Assembly (NCBI GenBank): GCA_043228905.1
Contig: JBHGNT010000014.1
Coordinates: forward strand, 4,402,001-4,466,000
Direction: 5' to 3'
Source of the DNA: Azolla caroliniana
Taxonomy: Eukaryota > Plantae > Polypodiophyta
Length of the DNA: 64,000 nt
Below the pieces are notes generated by a model. That model did not search any database. It was not told the DNA's origin and saw only the letters and a list, made by a program, of their open reading frames with translations. Positions 47,417-62,250 of this stretch are shown here, one piece after another; positions within the stretch are counted from its first letter, which is position 1, and the number at the start of each line of letters is the position of its first letter. Made by a program: the position numbers and the translations under genes.

Positions 47417-50400
47417 GTAGATCGTCGTTGGATCGGACACCTCCAACTACAGATCCTTCAGTAGCCTCTTGAGCCAGATGGTGCTCGACAGTGTCATTGT
47501 CGATTGCATTTTGCTGCTCCAAGCGATCCCGGCGCTTCCAAGTGAAAACGTGAATCCAGATGTTGACTTGTGATCGCCAACATTTTTGACCCAATCAACA
47601 TCTATATAGCTGAATAACCGTCCGGCTACACCGGCCCGATATAGCAAAACCCTCGGTCCTTGGTGTTGCTGACATACTTGAGTATTCGTTGTGTGCACTG
47701 AAGATGCACCACAGTCGGATGTGCCATGGATTGACTAATCAAGCCGACCGGATAGCTGAGATCCGGCCAGGTGATGCTCAAGTAGATAAGGCTTCCGACT
47801 ATCTATCGGAACAGTTTCGGGGCGCATTCCGTTCCGGAGTCCCGGCGAAGCTTCACATTTCTATCCAGAGGCGTTGAGACAGATTTGCACTCCGTCATTC
47901 CGAACTTGAAAAGCATACTTAGCACATAATGTTGCTGGATGATCAGTATGCCCTCAAGGGTGCGGATCACTTCGATCCCAAGGAAGTATTGAAGGTCCCC
48001 CAAATCTGTCATGTCAAATGATGCCGTTAGTTTGGATGTGACGTGGTCGATTTTTTCGTGGTCGGCCGCGGCGATGACTAAATCATCAACGTAAAGTAAA
48101 ATAGTAACCAGCCCATTCCAACCTTGCCGAATGAACAATGAAGAGGCTGATTTCGACATGGAAAAGCCCATCCGATGCAGTTGTTGCATGATCTTCGTGT
48201 TCCCGAAACGCGACGCTTGCTTTAGTTCGTAGAGGGACTTCTTCAGCCGGCAAAAAACCGACTTGTTCACTTCGGACAAAAATCTAGGGGGTTGTACCAT
48301 GTACACCTAGTCCTCAAACTCACCTTACAGGAATGCATTCTTGATGTAAGTGCCACCCCTTTTGCCACAACTACCGCTAGCAGGACACGTACGGTCGTCA
48401 TCTTCGCGACTAGCGCAAAGGTCTCATTGTAGTTGATGTCGTGTTGTTGCGCATAGCCTTTTGCCACTAACTAGGCCTTGTACCAGTTGACAGAGCCGTT
48501 GGTGTTGTACTTGACCTTGTACACCCACCTACATCCGATCGACTTCACTCCCTTCAAAACGTCAACCAGATCCCATGTGTCATTCTCCGTGAGAGCGTGC
48601 ATCTCTTCCTCCATAGCGGCACACCAATTTGCGTCCTTTGCCACTTCTGCATAGCTCTCTGGTTCACGTACGCATAGTGATGCACCATGTAGTCATTGTA
48701 TTCGTATTGAACTACGGGGTGCTTCTGGCAGATAGATCGGTGCAATTTCTGCTCTACCGATTTGATGGCCCTTTTGGACGACTCCGACCTCTTCTCTAGA
48801 GGTCCGTCTCAATGCTTTCCGGAGTCGGATTCGCTCCAATCTGACTCTTTCCTACCAGTGTTGTATTTCGACATCTTCTTCTTCCCCTTTTCTGTACGGG
48901 TGAATCGTCTCCTCGGTTCCTTACATTGGGAGTGCACAACTAAGTCTCCACTACTCACCGGCTCATCATTCGACCCACTCGCTCATTCGGCCCACTCAGC
49001 CGGAATGAGATCAGACTCTCTTCTTGAGCTCTGATTTGTTCTTTGTCCGGAGGCATTCCGACTTCACTAATGTCATCCTCAGACATCAGAATGGAGTTAT
49101 CGGGCATCAGAGACGAGGGCAAGTACCATGATGCTGACTCATCGAACATGACATCTTGACTAACCCGGACTTGTTTGGTTCAAGGGTTATAACAGTTATA
49201 ACCCTTCTGCTCGTCTGAGTAGCCAACAAGAGTGCACTTCTCGGCTTTTGCGTCCAGCTTCCTCCGTTTCTCCTTCGGCACATGCACATAGGCAATGTTG
49301 CCGACCACCCTCAAGTGTGCCAGATTCGGTTTCTTTCTGAAGTGGAGTTCATGTGGTGACACTCCATTTGCAGATGTCCAATTCTGCAGGTGCATGACTG
49401 TCCAGACCGCTTCGGCCTAGTAAAACTTTGGCATATGCTTCTCCTCAAGCATTGCCCTTGCTGCCTCCTCTATAATCTGATTCTTCCGCTTGGCCACACC
49501 GTTCTACTTCGATGTGTATCTACAAGACAATTCCTTCCTTCTACAGATAACTCGAGAACTGGTCGATTTCCCATTCGGCACTTTATTTTTCTACCGGTTT
49601 CCCGTTCGGCAAGGCTCTTCACCTTCAGGAAGCAGGCAAAGACTTCGCTCTTCTTCGCAATCAAGCATGCCCAAGTGTGCCGAGTGTAATCATCGATGAA
49701 GGTTACAAAGTAACGACGTCCTCCGATGCTCATGTTCTGTGTCGGTCCCCACACATCTGAATGGATCAAATCAAGTTGGTTCCGGCTCCGAGTTTGCTCA
49801 TTGGGGAATGGAAGTCAGTGCCACTTCCCTAACTGGCAGGAGACTTGGCCGTTCTGGCCATGTGTACGATCTATGTATCGATGGAGTTAATTCCTCGATG
49901 TCGTTTGTGGAGTTTGAACCGGTGTATACCCTTTTGATGGCGAACCAAGCGAAGATGGTTGTCGGACACCTCTGAGCCTCACACTCACTTAATGATTAAT
50001 AGATGATTAAGCACGATATCTCTCTCACTCTCTCAAGCTCGCTCTCATAGAAAATAGGGTAATGAATATAGACAATAGGAGTAATGAATATGTTATTAAC
50101 CCTCTTTTCTAAGAGGTCTAGCACCAACAAGGAAGAGAGATTAGTGTTCTTGTTGAGAGATCAAGCTCAACTTAGTTTAGTTAGTCAACAATGTAACTTC
50201 GTAGTTACCTAGATAGAATCTAGTTAGAAGTGTTGACTATAACGCCTTAAATAGGACCTTGTACTTAAGTGGGATATTCTAGATCCTCCACTCCTAAGTA
50301 CATTTAATATAGGACTTACACATTAGTACCTATATTCTACTCACACATGTGCACCTTTGCACATGAGATGTATATATACCTCATTGTGGGTATTTTTGTA

Positions 50401-50709
50401 TTTGATGATGTTGAAGCTAATTTAATATACTTACTCATCCCCCATCTTGTGTTGTTCATAAGTATCTCTCTCTCTCTCTCTCTTCCTCTCACACACATAC
50501 ACACACATATCACATAATCTTCCGCTTAACTTAATCACATAATTAGGCACTAATTAACCAATACTTAATTATTTACCTAATTCTTAACATGGTAATAGAG
50601 CGTGTGGTTTAGAAAATCCACTAAGCCCACCCAACTCCGTGATTGTGTGTTCGAGACGTCGACGACAAAATCCGGCTATTGGCTATCGTAGTGCCGCTAC
50701 GTAGCACGT

Positions 50710-51063
50710 TGTCAAGATTCGAACTCTTGACACGACATAGTTATAATCTAGTATTATGAGTTAACCAAGATATCTAGTACATAGTTATGTATGTAATTGA
50801 TCCTTATTATTTTGCGAGCATCATGTGCATAGTTGCTCCCTTGTAGTATTTACACTTGGTACATGCATGCATACCTACATGCTCTATTGTAGATTCACAT
50901 GCGTGCAACAAGTATGCATGCCATGTAGTATAAATAGAGGAGATCACCTTGAAGGAATTCAAGGTGAACAACACCAGTTATGGAGTCTTTCCTTTAATAC
51001 TATCTTCTTTCTTGTCCATTTGGTTATCTTCTTGCTTATCTCTTGAGCTTATGATCCGTGACA
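50710..51063 (+). mobile_element. Small solo LTR in the Copia E leader
   Basis: TGTCA...TGACA ends with perfect TSD CACGT and TATAAATAG. Confidence 0.8.
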
Positions 51064-51116
51064 CACGTGTACGTGATCGAAGGAAGAAAAGCAAAAGAAG
51101 AGAAGACACAATCAAC

Positions 51117-53880
51117 ATGAACACACAAATGGGTAGCTCGCTCCCTAGTGAAAAGCTAGACCGGAGCAATTATTGGAGCAATTATGGGAGTACAAGATGA
51201 CCCAATACCTTGTCGGCCAAGGGTATTGGAGCTACATCAACGGCACTCAAGAAAATCTACTCGACTCAAAGAACACCGACTACGCAACATCGGAGCAAAC
51301 GACGAGTCGAGTAATGTAAGTCTTGGCAACATGTGTCCACGACCACATGCTTAGCCACATACGAGACACCAAGACGCCTAAAGAAGCGTGGGCGAATTTA
51401 AAGAAAATTTTTCGTTGCCAACACGACCGCCCGGAAGCTTCAACTCTGACAAGAGTTGAACAACATCCGGCAAGAAGATATGTCTGTGTCGGACTACACC
51501 GCCAAGATCAAGAGCATTTGCGACTCACTTGGCTCCATCAACATAAATGTCGACGAAGATGAGATGGTTCAAGTATGCTAGGGCGGCCTTGCACAACGAT
51601 TCGATCCATTACGGACGGCAATCTTGGCGAGAGAAAACCCTCCTTTATTCTTCGACCTCCAATCAATGTTATTAGTCGAAAAGAACCACGTCCGAACAAA
51701 GACCAAGACATCGGAAGGACAAATGTTCTTTTCAAATTCGGACGGTGGCCGAGGAGGAGGTCACGACGGTAGAAGAGGCCAATTCGGCCCATCACACGAA
51801 GGGAACTCAAACCTTCACGGAAGCCATCGAGGAACCTTCGGAAGAAGGGGGGGCTTCCACGCCGAACATGGTCGGCAAATGAGGCCTGCAACTTGCAACT
51901 ATTGCGGCAAAATCGGCCACCACAAGGAGGAATGCCGAAAAAGAAGAAGCGAGTCGACTTCCACAAGTCGACAACACACGAATTACGCCGTCAACTCCGA
52001 ATACGATGATTACGGCGGACTATTCGTAATGAGGCATAGAGCGAACTCTATGACGGCCTCCAACTCTGCAAGCACCTCCAACTTGGAAGACGTGTGGTTC
52101 GTCGATTCCGGCGCCTCACATCACATGACATCTCATGAAGAGTGGTTTCGTGATTTACGAACGCCAGATCGACCCGGCTTCATAGACGACACCACGCACC
52201 CCATTCGGTGCATCGGCAATGTCCCATTCGGGAAAGAAGGCGAGCCAACTTGCATGAAGAATGTCTTGCACGTGCCCACAATAACAAAGAATTTGGTCTC
52301 GGTCGGCCAAATCGTGGAGCAAGGCATGCAAGTCCGCGTCAACAACGAAGGTTGTTTCATTGAGAAAGATGGCCGACTCATAGCAAAGGGGCAGAGAGAC
52401 GACCGAATGTTCATCCTCGATTCAAACGAGGTGAAATCGGCAATGTACGCCAAAGGTCTCAAAATCAAGACAAGCATCGAGTTGTGGCACAAGAGAATTG
52501 GCCACATAAACCTCCAACGGCTTCGAGTGATGCAAACGAAGGGAGTCGTCATCGGACTTCCGACATTCGAGTCGACCGAGTATGCGAAGCATGTCAACTC
52601 AGAAAACAACATCGACTCCCATTCCCGAAGGAGAGCCACACGAGCAAAGGCCTCCGCGACGTCATACACTCGGATGTATGGGGACTGGCTTAAACGCCGA
52701 CGATCGGCAGATGCCGATACAACGTAACCTTCATCGATGACTACTCGCGCTACGCATGGATCTACCCGATGAAGAAGAAGAACGAAGTGTTCTCCCACTT
52801 CCAAAAGCTCAAGCGTCAAGTCGAAAAAGAAACCGGTCGGCACATTCGATGCCTACGATCGGATGGAGGAAAGGAGTACTTCTCCGACGAATTCACCTCC
52901 TACCTCCAAAGTGAAGGAATTCGGAGACAATTCTCATGCCGACACACACCCCAACAAAATGGAGTCGCCGAAAGGAAAAATCGGCAAATCCTCGAGGTAG
53001 CACGCGCCATGATGCATGAGAAGCACATGCCGAATTTCTATTGGGCCGAAGTGGCATCCACAGCCGTATATCTCATGAATTGATGCACCATCAATGGAGT
53101 CCATGAACTAACTCCATATGAGCTCCTCGTTGGAAGGAAGCTGATCCTGTCGCACCTCAAGGTGTTCGGAAGCATTGCGAATGTACACATCCTGAACGAA
53201 CAACGACAGAAGCCCAACGCGAAGTTGGAGGAATGTATCCTCATAGGATACTCGTCCGAGAAGAAGGCATACAAGTGCTATAACCCGTTGACGCGAGAAG
53301 TTCGCATAAGTCTTTGACATAGTCTTCGACGAATACGCATCCTGGTATGCACTAGAGACCTCTTCGACTCCGACTACGCTCGACCCAGAATCCGCCAAAC
53401 AAGAGGTAGAAGATGGAGATCCCTTCGAACACATGTTTGAAGAAAGTCTGATTACGGCAAAGCCTAGTGGGCCACAAGAATTTCCACGCGACCCAAGCAC
53501 GTCGTGGCCAAGTACGAACTTGGACAAAGGGAAAGGTAAGATGCCCGAATACCGAAGTCGACCACCCCGATGACAATGATTCAGATGGATCAGCTCCCTC
53601 ACTAGACAGTGAGTTCAGTGTACCCATCATACGTACACCCGGAGTAAAGAAGGCGCTCACATTGGCGAGCGAAAAACTTCGACGGTCTTCTAGAGAGAAG
53701 AATCCCGTCACTCGGCTCGACTACAACGAGTATATGGCCCATCATTACGTCTTCGCGATGAAGGTAGCGGCCAAACAAAAGCCCAAGAGCTCCACCAAAG
53801 TGGCTCATAACCCACAATGGGTGGAAGTAGCCGACCTTCTCCCACACACTACAAGCCTTCATCACCGGCTTGAGGGGGAA
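51117..53880 (+). pseudogene. Copia E gag-PR-integrase remnants
   Basis: CNYCGKIGHHKEEC, WFVDSGAS and LRSDGGKEY motifs. The sequence jumps from the RT start to the pol end near 53830. Confidence 0.85.
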
Positions 53881-56348
53881 GACCCAAGATTGCCACCGCG
53901 AAGAAAGCTGAAGCCCGGACGAAAGCCACATAGAATCCGACATCGAAAGTCGGACAACGCCGAAAACAACGCTGGATGTCGGACGCCTCACACTTGAACT
54001 GGAGGGGGCCTGTTGAGAGATCAAGCTCAACCTAGTTTAGTTAGTCAACAATGTAACTTCGTAGTTACCTAGATAGAATCTAGTAACGTCTTAAATAGGA
54101 CCTTGTACTTAAGTGGGATATTCTAGATCCTCCACTCCTAAGTACATTTAATATAGGACTTACACATTAGTACCTATATTCTACTCACACATGTGCACCT
54201 TTGCACATGAGATGTATATATACCTCATTGTGGGTATTTTTGTATTTGATGATGTTGAAGCTAATTTAATATACTTACTCATCCCCTATCTTGTGTTGTT
54301 CATAAGTATCTCTCTCTTTCTCTCTCTCTCTTCCTCTCACACACATACACACACATATCACATAATCTTCCACTTAACTTAATCACATAATTAGGCACTA
54401 ATTAACCAATACTTAATTACTTATCTAATTCTTAACAGTTCTCACTTCACTAATCTCTCTTAAGCTTAAAGGTTACATAAGCAGGAGAGAGGAAGCTCTA
54501 GCTCTTAATCAATAGAGAGATCTTTTCAAATGGAAGAACCATTACAAAGCCACCACCATGTGGTTTATATAGCATTTACATTTAGGGCATGGACCTTTCA
54601 CACTTGGATGTCCCTTAGCCCTCTTTCCTCTTGCCATTCCCTCCCGGGTGCATTGTGGGAGGTGTGCTTCAAGCGTCTGGGGTAGGAAGGATAGAGGAGG
54701 TGGGTTCGTCGGGAGGTGGTCGGTGGCGAGTTCGTGGGCCCACTGGATCGGTTGAGGATCATGTGCCCAATTGAGGAACTCACCGGTGATACGGTTCATG
54801 GCGTCAGTGGAGGCAGTGTCATCGATCTGGGCGATGGCGCTGCAACGATTGTGGAGGTGAGGGGGAATTTCGGTGAAATGCCAACCTTCACATCCGGAAT
54901 ACTCAGAGTAGGTGGCAGGGATGACACCAAGGGCCTTCATGGTGCGGGAGGGAAAATGTAGCATAGTGCAAATGTCGATGAAATTGAACTGGAACTCGAC
55001 AACGGTAGCATCCGCGAAGGCGTGGGGTTGTATCTTGTGAGGAACCGGCTAACCAGCTTGGGAAGTACACCCCAAAGGACAATCCCAAGGAAGAACTTGA
55101 GGCCTGGTAGGTACAACGGCTGTTATTGAAGTCGGCTTGAATTACCAAGGAGCCACAACCGGCGTCGGGGTAGTGCACGTGGAGGAGCTTGGTGAATGGG
55201 GTGGACGCCATCGATTATAACTTGCTAGGACAAAGGTTAGTATAACCATATGAGAGTGTACCAATTCTTATACTCCCTGGCCCTTGTCTACAGAGCAATA
55301 CGACCGATGATTAGCGTATTTATCGATTGATATGAATGACTTATTTTGATTAGTTATAATTATTATAATTGAAAGTAGTATGAGGTGTTTGGAGGGATAG
55401 CGATATTTATATTTATATTTATATTTTAAAGGGACGGACGGGTTAGTGTCTAGGTTGTGTTTGGGCGCAGGGGACTCTCGGCAGACCGGGGGTGAGTGGT
55501 TCGAAGTTCCTCAAACCGGGAGTGAGTGGTTCAAAGACTACCGGAAGTTTGCAAAGGAAAAGAGAAAGATAAAACTATGAGATATCCCATATAGACAGGA
55601 CAAATAAGGATCTCACCATATATAAGGCAGAGCAAAAGCTATTATCTTTGTGTCTATGTGTGGAGCATAGACAGGTCAAGGTGACTTGAACTAAGCTAAT
55701 TGGATGAGTGGGTGTGGCCTAGCTACTTGTAAAAGTTTTGGCCAATCGAAGCCGGCGACGACTGCGGAGCCGGTGAGCTGGCGGCGACAGGCAAGCAACG
55801 AGGTGACCCGTGACCGACGATCGGCGACCGGCCGGTGACCGACAAGCGACTCGGGATGCGGATCGAACCAAATCAGGATGCGGACTGGGCCGGACCAAAC
55901 AGATGCAAATCGGACGGATCGGTCGGGTTGGTTGGTCGCGGTGCATGGTGTCTTAAAGATATTTGCTCCAAAAGCCTAATAGTATTTTGTGCATAAAAGA
56001 AAAAGATGTAAGCAAGACTCGAACTTTGCAACTCCAAGATAGGAAGCAATAGGCTTACCATTAAGCCAAGTCATTTCTTTAGGGATTATATTTTTATCAT
56101 TATAGCTTTACATATAAATTCTCATATTAGAGCTTGATTGAGTGACATGAGATGCATGAGCGCCAAATGGCAAACATGCATCACATGCATTCCATGCATT
56201 GGTACCCTCACATGCATCATATGCATGGGAGCATCTATAAAAGGGTGGATGAAAAAGATCAAAGGGGCTTTGTACTTTATATCAAAATTAATATTAAGAA
56301 GAAAATTCGTTATCCAATTGATGTATTAATCAAGAAATTAAAAGTAAG

Positions 56349-59300
56349 TGTTGTCTGCCTGGCCGAACTAGCCTCAACACAGGTGTCTATCCGACACTTC
56401 TCCAAAGGGGTGGTAAGGATTGGATGCTAGGTTACACGCGTAAGATGATTACACTAAGCACAGACGGTAAAACAATACAAAGATAAAGATAAACACGCAA
56501 TAATTATATTTGTATTACTTCCGTAAAGCATTTACAAATCATCGGATCCTTTTATAGGCATCCGGCAAGGTTACAATCGGTGCGCTTAGGCAACCGGCAT
56601 CCGAATCGGTCCGGATCCGGATCGGTACAACTGTACCGGATCCGTCCCTCCGAATAATAATTATACTATTATTTACTTCCTATTATCCGATCCGACTCCG
56701 CCTTCCCACTTGTCCTTGCTCTTCTGACCGGTCAACACATGGCATGCCCGTGGGAAAGTGCCTTGCACTTCGAATCCACTCCAGGCCTCATTCTTCCTCC
56801 AAAATATCGAGCACACTCCACTCGAAGGTGTCAAGTGGTGCTTCTTCCTCCAATTCCTGTTCCTTGCCTGCCTAGTCTCCGACCTCCGGTTGGTTTGGCT
56901 GTTCCGTAAAAATGTGTTGCTCCGGCTCTGCTTGATTCTGTGGTGCCGGTGCTTCCTCACCACTCCGTCCGGGTTCTTCCTGTTCTTCCTCCGTTCCAGG
57001 CTCTGTTCTGTTACCAGTGTCGCTTTCTCTGGTCTCGACTGGTCGGTTCCGTGCGCCTTCTTCCTCTGCTCCGATGTTTTCCGGTCTCAGCTCTTCGTCT
57101 TCCCCGGCATCGGTCTGCACCTGCTCTTCTTGATTTTTTTGGAACGGAAGTTCTTCTTCGGGTATTCCTTCTCGGGGTTGTTCGGTGTCGGTTGGTTCAG
57201 CTTTAGCCGGTCGCTCTCCCTCACTTATAGTGATTGGCGTCGTTCTTCCCTTGGCTTCCTGTCGTAACCGGTCCTGCTCATATTTCTCCAACTCCAACTG
57301 AGTTGCGAGTTGCCCGTCATCCAACCTCTCTACCAACCCTCGGATTTCTTTGAGATGTTCTTCCGCTAAAGCGTAGAAATCCTCCGACAATTCTTCCTGA
57401 ATGGCGACGATACTTTCTTCATCCATCTTGTAGAACTTGTCACCGGTCTTCCTCCGATTCTCGGCATCAGCTCGGAGTGTCTGCAGCTCGGCTGCCTGTT
57501 GTGACCACTCCTTCCATAGCTTTTCCGTACTTTCGTTGATGCTTGCCTGATCTCAGGTACTCCAACATGACATGATGAGCTTGATCCGGTCAACCCCCGC
57601 CTTAGCATGCGCATAAGCTTCTTGCTTTTCCTTCCTTGCCCGTTTTATAATGTCGGCCATTATCTGAGCCTGGGCTTCGTAATCTGCTTTCTGCTTTTCA
57701 TAGGCACTTTGCAATTTGTTGATCGTGAAGGTCGATCTTTCCTTTTCTTCATTCCCGATCTTGGTCAGATCCAGCTTTTCCCGCCTTAGCGCCTCTAATT
57801 CCTTCCTTCTCTCCGTCGCTTGGGTTATTTCCGCCGACAATGCTTCCTTTTTGGCACTGACCTCGTCCATTGTCTTAGCCAGGTCTAATCGGGTCTCTTT
57901 GAGCTGTTCTTTCAGCTTCTCTATTTTCCGGTCGTAGTCTGTTGCCCGTTTCTTGTTGTCCGACTCGGCCTGCTTGTGATCTCGGTAGAGTCGGTCGAAG
58001 TCCTCCGTCTTCTGCTTCAGGCGTCGGCTTACCTGAGCTCTTAACCGGTCGTCCTGGTCCTTCTATTGTCGGAGTTCTTCCTGCAGTCGTTCTATCTCCT
58101 GCTCGGCCTGTCGACGCAGTCAGTCCTTCTCCTTTTGCAGCTTCTCTTTTTCTTCTTGCAATCGGTCATTAGTGGCTCGGCCTTTCCGGAGGCCTTCTTC
58201 CATTTTCCGTCTGTCGTCCTCCACTGCTTTCCGCTGCTCCCTTTCTTTTTCCCTTAATGCCTCCTGAGCTTTTAACTCCTCTCGCAAGGTTTCTATTATT
58301 TTTTCGGTCTCAGGGCCGGTTTGCAAGGCTACCGGTTCCGGTTGCTTCCTTGTTGTCCCGACCGGCTCGGTGACAACTTGTGCTTGTTGAATTCCTTCCC
58401 TCGCCTGCAACAGCTCCCCTTGCAATTCCTGGATCTGTGTTCGGAGCGCGACCAACTCCTGGGTTGTTGTATGCGTCAGGTGTTGCCTACACGTTTCTTC
58501 TTCCTCGAACTGGTCCGCTACTCCCGATACCTGCTCCGAAAGCCATCACACCCATTGTGGCTTTGTGCTTCCTGTGTCGGAGTAGCCTTGCTCACTTCTA
58601 CTCCTTAACTCAGGCTATTTTTCCGGCCTTTTCTCTGGCTCCGGCGCTTGTTCATTCCTCTTCTCTGGAATGACCGGTTCTCTGAAGTCCGGCAAAACCG
58701 GTGTCGGTACTGCTTCCCTCGGTACGGGTTCCGGTACTGCTTCCGCCCCGGCTACTGGAGGTGGTCCTTGCGCCCTCTGCTGAGTTCTGTCAACTGGTGG
58801 AGCCGATCCTCTCGCCCGTCTCTCCCGACCTTGTCTTGCTGGGAGTCTTACCAGTGGTTCGGATGAGTCTTCTGCTTCAGCTTCCTCCTCCGGTGCGGCT
58901 ACCAGATGGACCTTTTGTATAAAGACCTCTGGTTCCGGTTCCGGCCGTCGCAGCGTTATATTGATTGGTTTGAGCGCTACCGGTTCCTCCTCGGCCGGTT
59001 TTCCTTTGCCTTTTCCTGCTGGTTTTGCCTTTGTTGCCGGTTCCTGTTGCTGTTGGGATGGTCCTTCCTCCCGCTGTTCTGCTTCTTCCTGGGTCCATCC
59101 GGGGGTGTGTTTCTCCAGGATATGTCGGCGCTTTGTGACCTTTTTCGGCGTCGTCTCCTGTCGACCTCTTTTCTTTTGTTTGATGGGGAGCACCGGTGGG
59201 ACTAACACCGTTAGCCATTGTGCTATCCCGGCCCATGGCTTTTTTCCTTCCACAAGGTTCTTGATGACCTCCTTCAATCCTTCGGTTATGAAATGGAGCC

Positions 59301-59451
59301 AGTCCACTTGTAATCCTTCGTACGTTGCAATTAGGAACGATGCCCGGTACCTGGCTATGGCCGGGGGACGAGAATTCACGAATCCGTATTCCATCATGGC
59401 GCGGGCCACTTCTCCGAACAACAGGTTCTCTCCGCCCTGTGTTCGGTACGC
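56349..59451 (+). mobile_element. Arg-primed (Tat-like) LTR element, interrupted by a Gypsy insertion
   Basis: LTR 56349-56737 (TGTTG...CAACA) and PBS TGGCATGCCCGTGGGAA at 56740; homologous to 1-3136. Confidence 0.7.
56872..59451 (-). pseudogene. Antisense accessory ORF: globular N-terminal part, basic NLS-like linker, long coiled coil, acidic tail
   Basis: ORF pieces 58615-59451, 58120-58455, 57553-57870 and 56872-57426 are separated by single stops or frameshifts; homologous to 4-2383. Confidence 0.65.
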
Positions 59452-60122
59452 TGTCGTGAAAAAAACCGTCCACAAGTGGAATCGGTGCACAGGAGCATAG
59501 GAACCGGCTCTTCTCGAATGTTGTCCATAGAAGATCCTAGGCAGGTAGATTTAGTGGGTAGGAAGAAAAGGGGAAACGGCTCCTTCCTTGCCTATAAAAG
59601 GAGGGAGACGAGAAAGGGGGAGGGATCGCGGAGAGTCGAGGACGAAGTGATGTCGGTTTGTGCACGAAGGCTTCTCTCTCTCTCTCTGGTTTGCAAACGC
59701 CATAGCTTCCTTCTGTGCAGGTTTCGGGAGGCTCGCGCTGCTCTGAGGAATGCCCGAGTGCTTCCGGCAGCACCTCCAACCTACTCCTTCCTCTCTGTGC
59801 GTTTACGAGCAGGTATCCGCATCTGTTCGCCGGCCTGTTCGGTTGTAACCGACTTCGTGTTTTGTTGTCTTCGTGTTCTTGTTGTTTGTCTTTGTTAATA
59901 CATACATACATTCGTGTCTTTCTGTGTCGATGTCCCGCTTGCGTCTTTGCGTCGAAGGGCCGTGTCCCTGTGGATCTACGCTCGCACGTAGAGGGTCTCT
60001 TCTCCTTCCTCTCTTGCTCTTTGGTACAGGACCCCCGAGGTTCCGCCTCATTCCACGCATCCGCGAGGAATACCTCGACATCTTGGTGAACCCGACGTGA
60101 AGGAGGCGGCAGAAGAGCAGAA

Positions 60123-62250
60123 GATGAAGGGGTCGGATCTTGCAGAGGCCATGGCTTCGGCCGTGGATCGGATATTGAGTGCACGCGAGGGCACCAGCGC
60201 CCTCGACAAAGCCATTGAGGCGGTCGTCGGTACGATCGGCCGGTTCAGCGGAAAGGATGCCACAAAGTATTTGGCGTCCTACGGGGCAGAAATGCTGATG
60301 CGGGACATTCCGGAAGAGAGGCGTCTTGCCGGGTTTCCTCGAGTGGCGATGCCGAGCATCCATGCGGAGGTGCTCGAGGTGCGGGCGGAGAGCCGTACCT
60401 GGGAGGAGTTCGAAGGCCGACTCCTAGAAAAATACGGGCTGGACGACGCGCTCCGGCTTTCGAAACGGGACTTCATGGAATGGGTGGAGTTCCCCGGCAA
60501 GGGAAGAAACGCGTCGGCAGTCCTCCAGGAGTTTGAAGAACACTTTGCGCGCCTTTCGGCGCTTGACCGAACCGTTCTGGATACGAGCCGGGTCCTATTG
60601 TTCGTCAAGTCGGTGGACGAGCGGGACCGGGACCAAGTCGGCTCCTTTCTAGAAACTGAGGACGGGCTGACAACTGACTGGGTTGCGGTTAAGAGAGTCT
60701 ATGGCCGTTTTGATAAACGGTGGGAATGGGCTGACAATGGGGCGGCCGGTGCGGGGTCTGTCACAGCAAGGAGGCTTGAACCGGCACCGCAAGTACGAAG
60801 GGAAGAAACCCGGGAATGGCTCGAAACCGGTCCGGCTTCGACCGGCATGGTCAATGGCTCGTCCGGAGGAGCAGCGCTGGAGGAGTTGACGCGGGCGATA
60901 AAGGATCTCTAGATCGCCCAGACTCGAAGGGAAGGCGGTGAACCGGCTTGTGACCGACGGCCGACAGCGGGGAACAGGTGCATGTGGTGCGACGAGGTCG
61001 GCCACATTCGGAAGGACTGCGGCGATTTCGTAGAGGCGTTGAGGAACCGGGTGGTGTACCTGTGGGAAGGCCGGGTGCACGCCGGCGACACCAGGAGGGC
61101 CCTGAACCGAAACGACGGGCGAGGAGGTATGAAGAGACTAATGGAAGAGGTAGCGGCCCGACACGTAGAGGCCATCCACTACTCGGCGTCGGCCAGAATT
61201 CGGGTCGGGGGCAGCGAGGCCCGAACAGAGGGCAAAGACGGATTCTGGTCGGCAATGCTGGGAGGTCTTGCCGGCGCACGGCTAAGGAATGATGAAACGG
61301 ACCACACTGAGAGACGGGTCCAGGAAATAACCGGGTGGAGCGATCCGGTCGAGGAGAAGACGGGCTTCGTAGAAGCCGCCTGCCGGAACTACGAGGCTCT
61401 GGTAGAAGACAAACGAGTGGGGAAAGTCGGAGCGGCCGGGCCCTCACAACGGTACGAGACCCGATTCGGGCAACGACGGAACAATGCCGGTGGGTCCAGC
61501 TTGCAAGATAACCCCAGGAAGGGCGGATACCGATTGGGGACGCAAATAGAAAGGACTACGGACCTACGAAAGGTCCTAGAAGAACGGATCCTCGACAGCA
61601 AAGTGGAGTTGTCATTGCGGGAGGTGCTAGGGATCGCCAAGAAGGAGTTCCACGACTCCATTGTAGACTTGGTGAAACGGAAGAGGCTGTCGACGGAGAA
61701 GGAACCGGAAAGACCGGTAGAGGTGCGGACGACGCACATCGACGACTCGGCGCTGGCAAATGAGTGGGCGGAGAGCCACTATTCGAGGCCACACTGGGCC
61801 CGAGCGACCACGGAGACCCCGGTAAAGATCGGAGATGTTCAGGAACCGATGGTGGCATTGGTGGACCACGGTTCGGAAATAAACCTGATGTCCATGGACT
61901 TCTATAAGAAGGGGAAGTGGCCGATCAACACCAAGCACGGGTGGAAGATACGGGCGGCGACGCGCGCCACCGAGGAACTGCATGGGGCCTGCCCGAACGT
62001 GCGAGTCAAGATCGGCGACGTCGAGATTGACCAGCACTTCTTCGTACAGGAGACGTCCTCGCACCCGGTCATATTAAGTGAACCATACATCACGGCGGCG
62101 CGGATGGAGACCAAAGTGTTGGACAACGGGTCGGCCTACACGAGGGTCAAAAGCCAGGACGGGCGCCATTCGGTCCAATTTCTGACGGTGCGGCCGAACC
62201 ACGAGAGAAACCGCGAATCCCTCGGTGGCGAGAACCGGGAGGATTTTTAG
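60123..62250 (+). pseudogene. Gag-protease ORF with one in-frame stop (60910)
   Basis: CMWCDEVGHIRKDC zinc knuckle and LVDHGSEINLM aspartic protease in the same frame. Confidence 0.85.

Larger units (their letters stand above)
45683..49840 (-). mobile_element. Decayed Copia F (A/C family): 3' LTR, RNase H, RT, integrase
   Basis: LTR 45683-46087, PPT, LYVDDL and HSDVWGP motifs with many lesions; the 5' part is missing. Confidence 0.85.
50151..54437 (+). mobile_element. Copia E with RT/RNase H deletion
   Basis: LTRs at 50151-50589 and 54011-54437, perfect TSD GTTCT, PBS TGGTAATAGAGC and PPT GGAGGGGG. Confidence 0.92.
49841..56348. mobile_element. Unclassified LTR-element remnant hosting Copia E
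   Basis: LTR-like GA/CT-rich sequence is continuous across the Copia E TSD, followed by an unknown minus-strand ORF. Boundaries are uncertain. Confidence 0.35.

Noticed and set aside
59452-59490. N-terminus (MHRFHLWTVFFT) of ORF 58615-59490
   Set aside because: These codons belong to the inserted Gypsy LTR starting at 59452.
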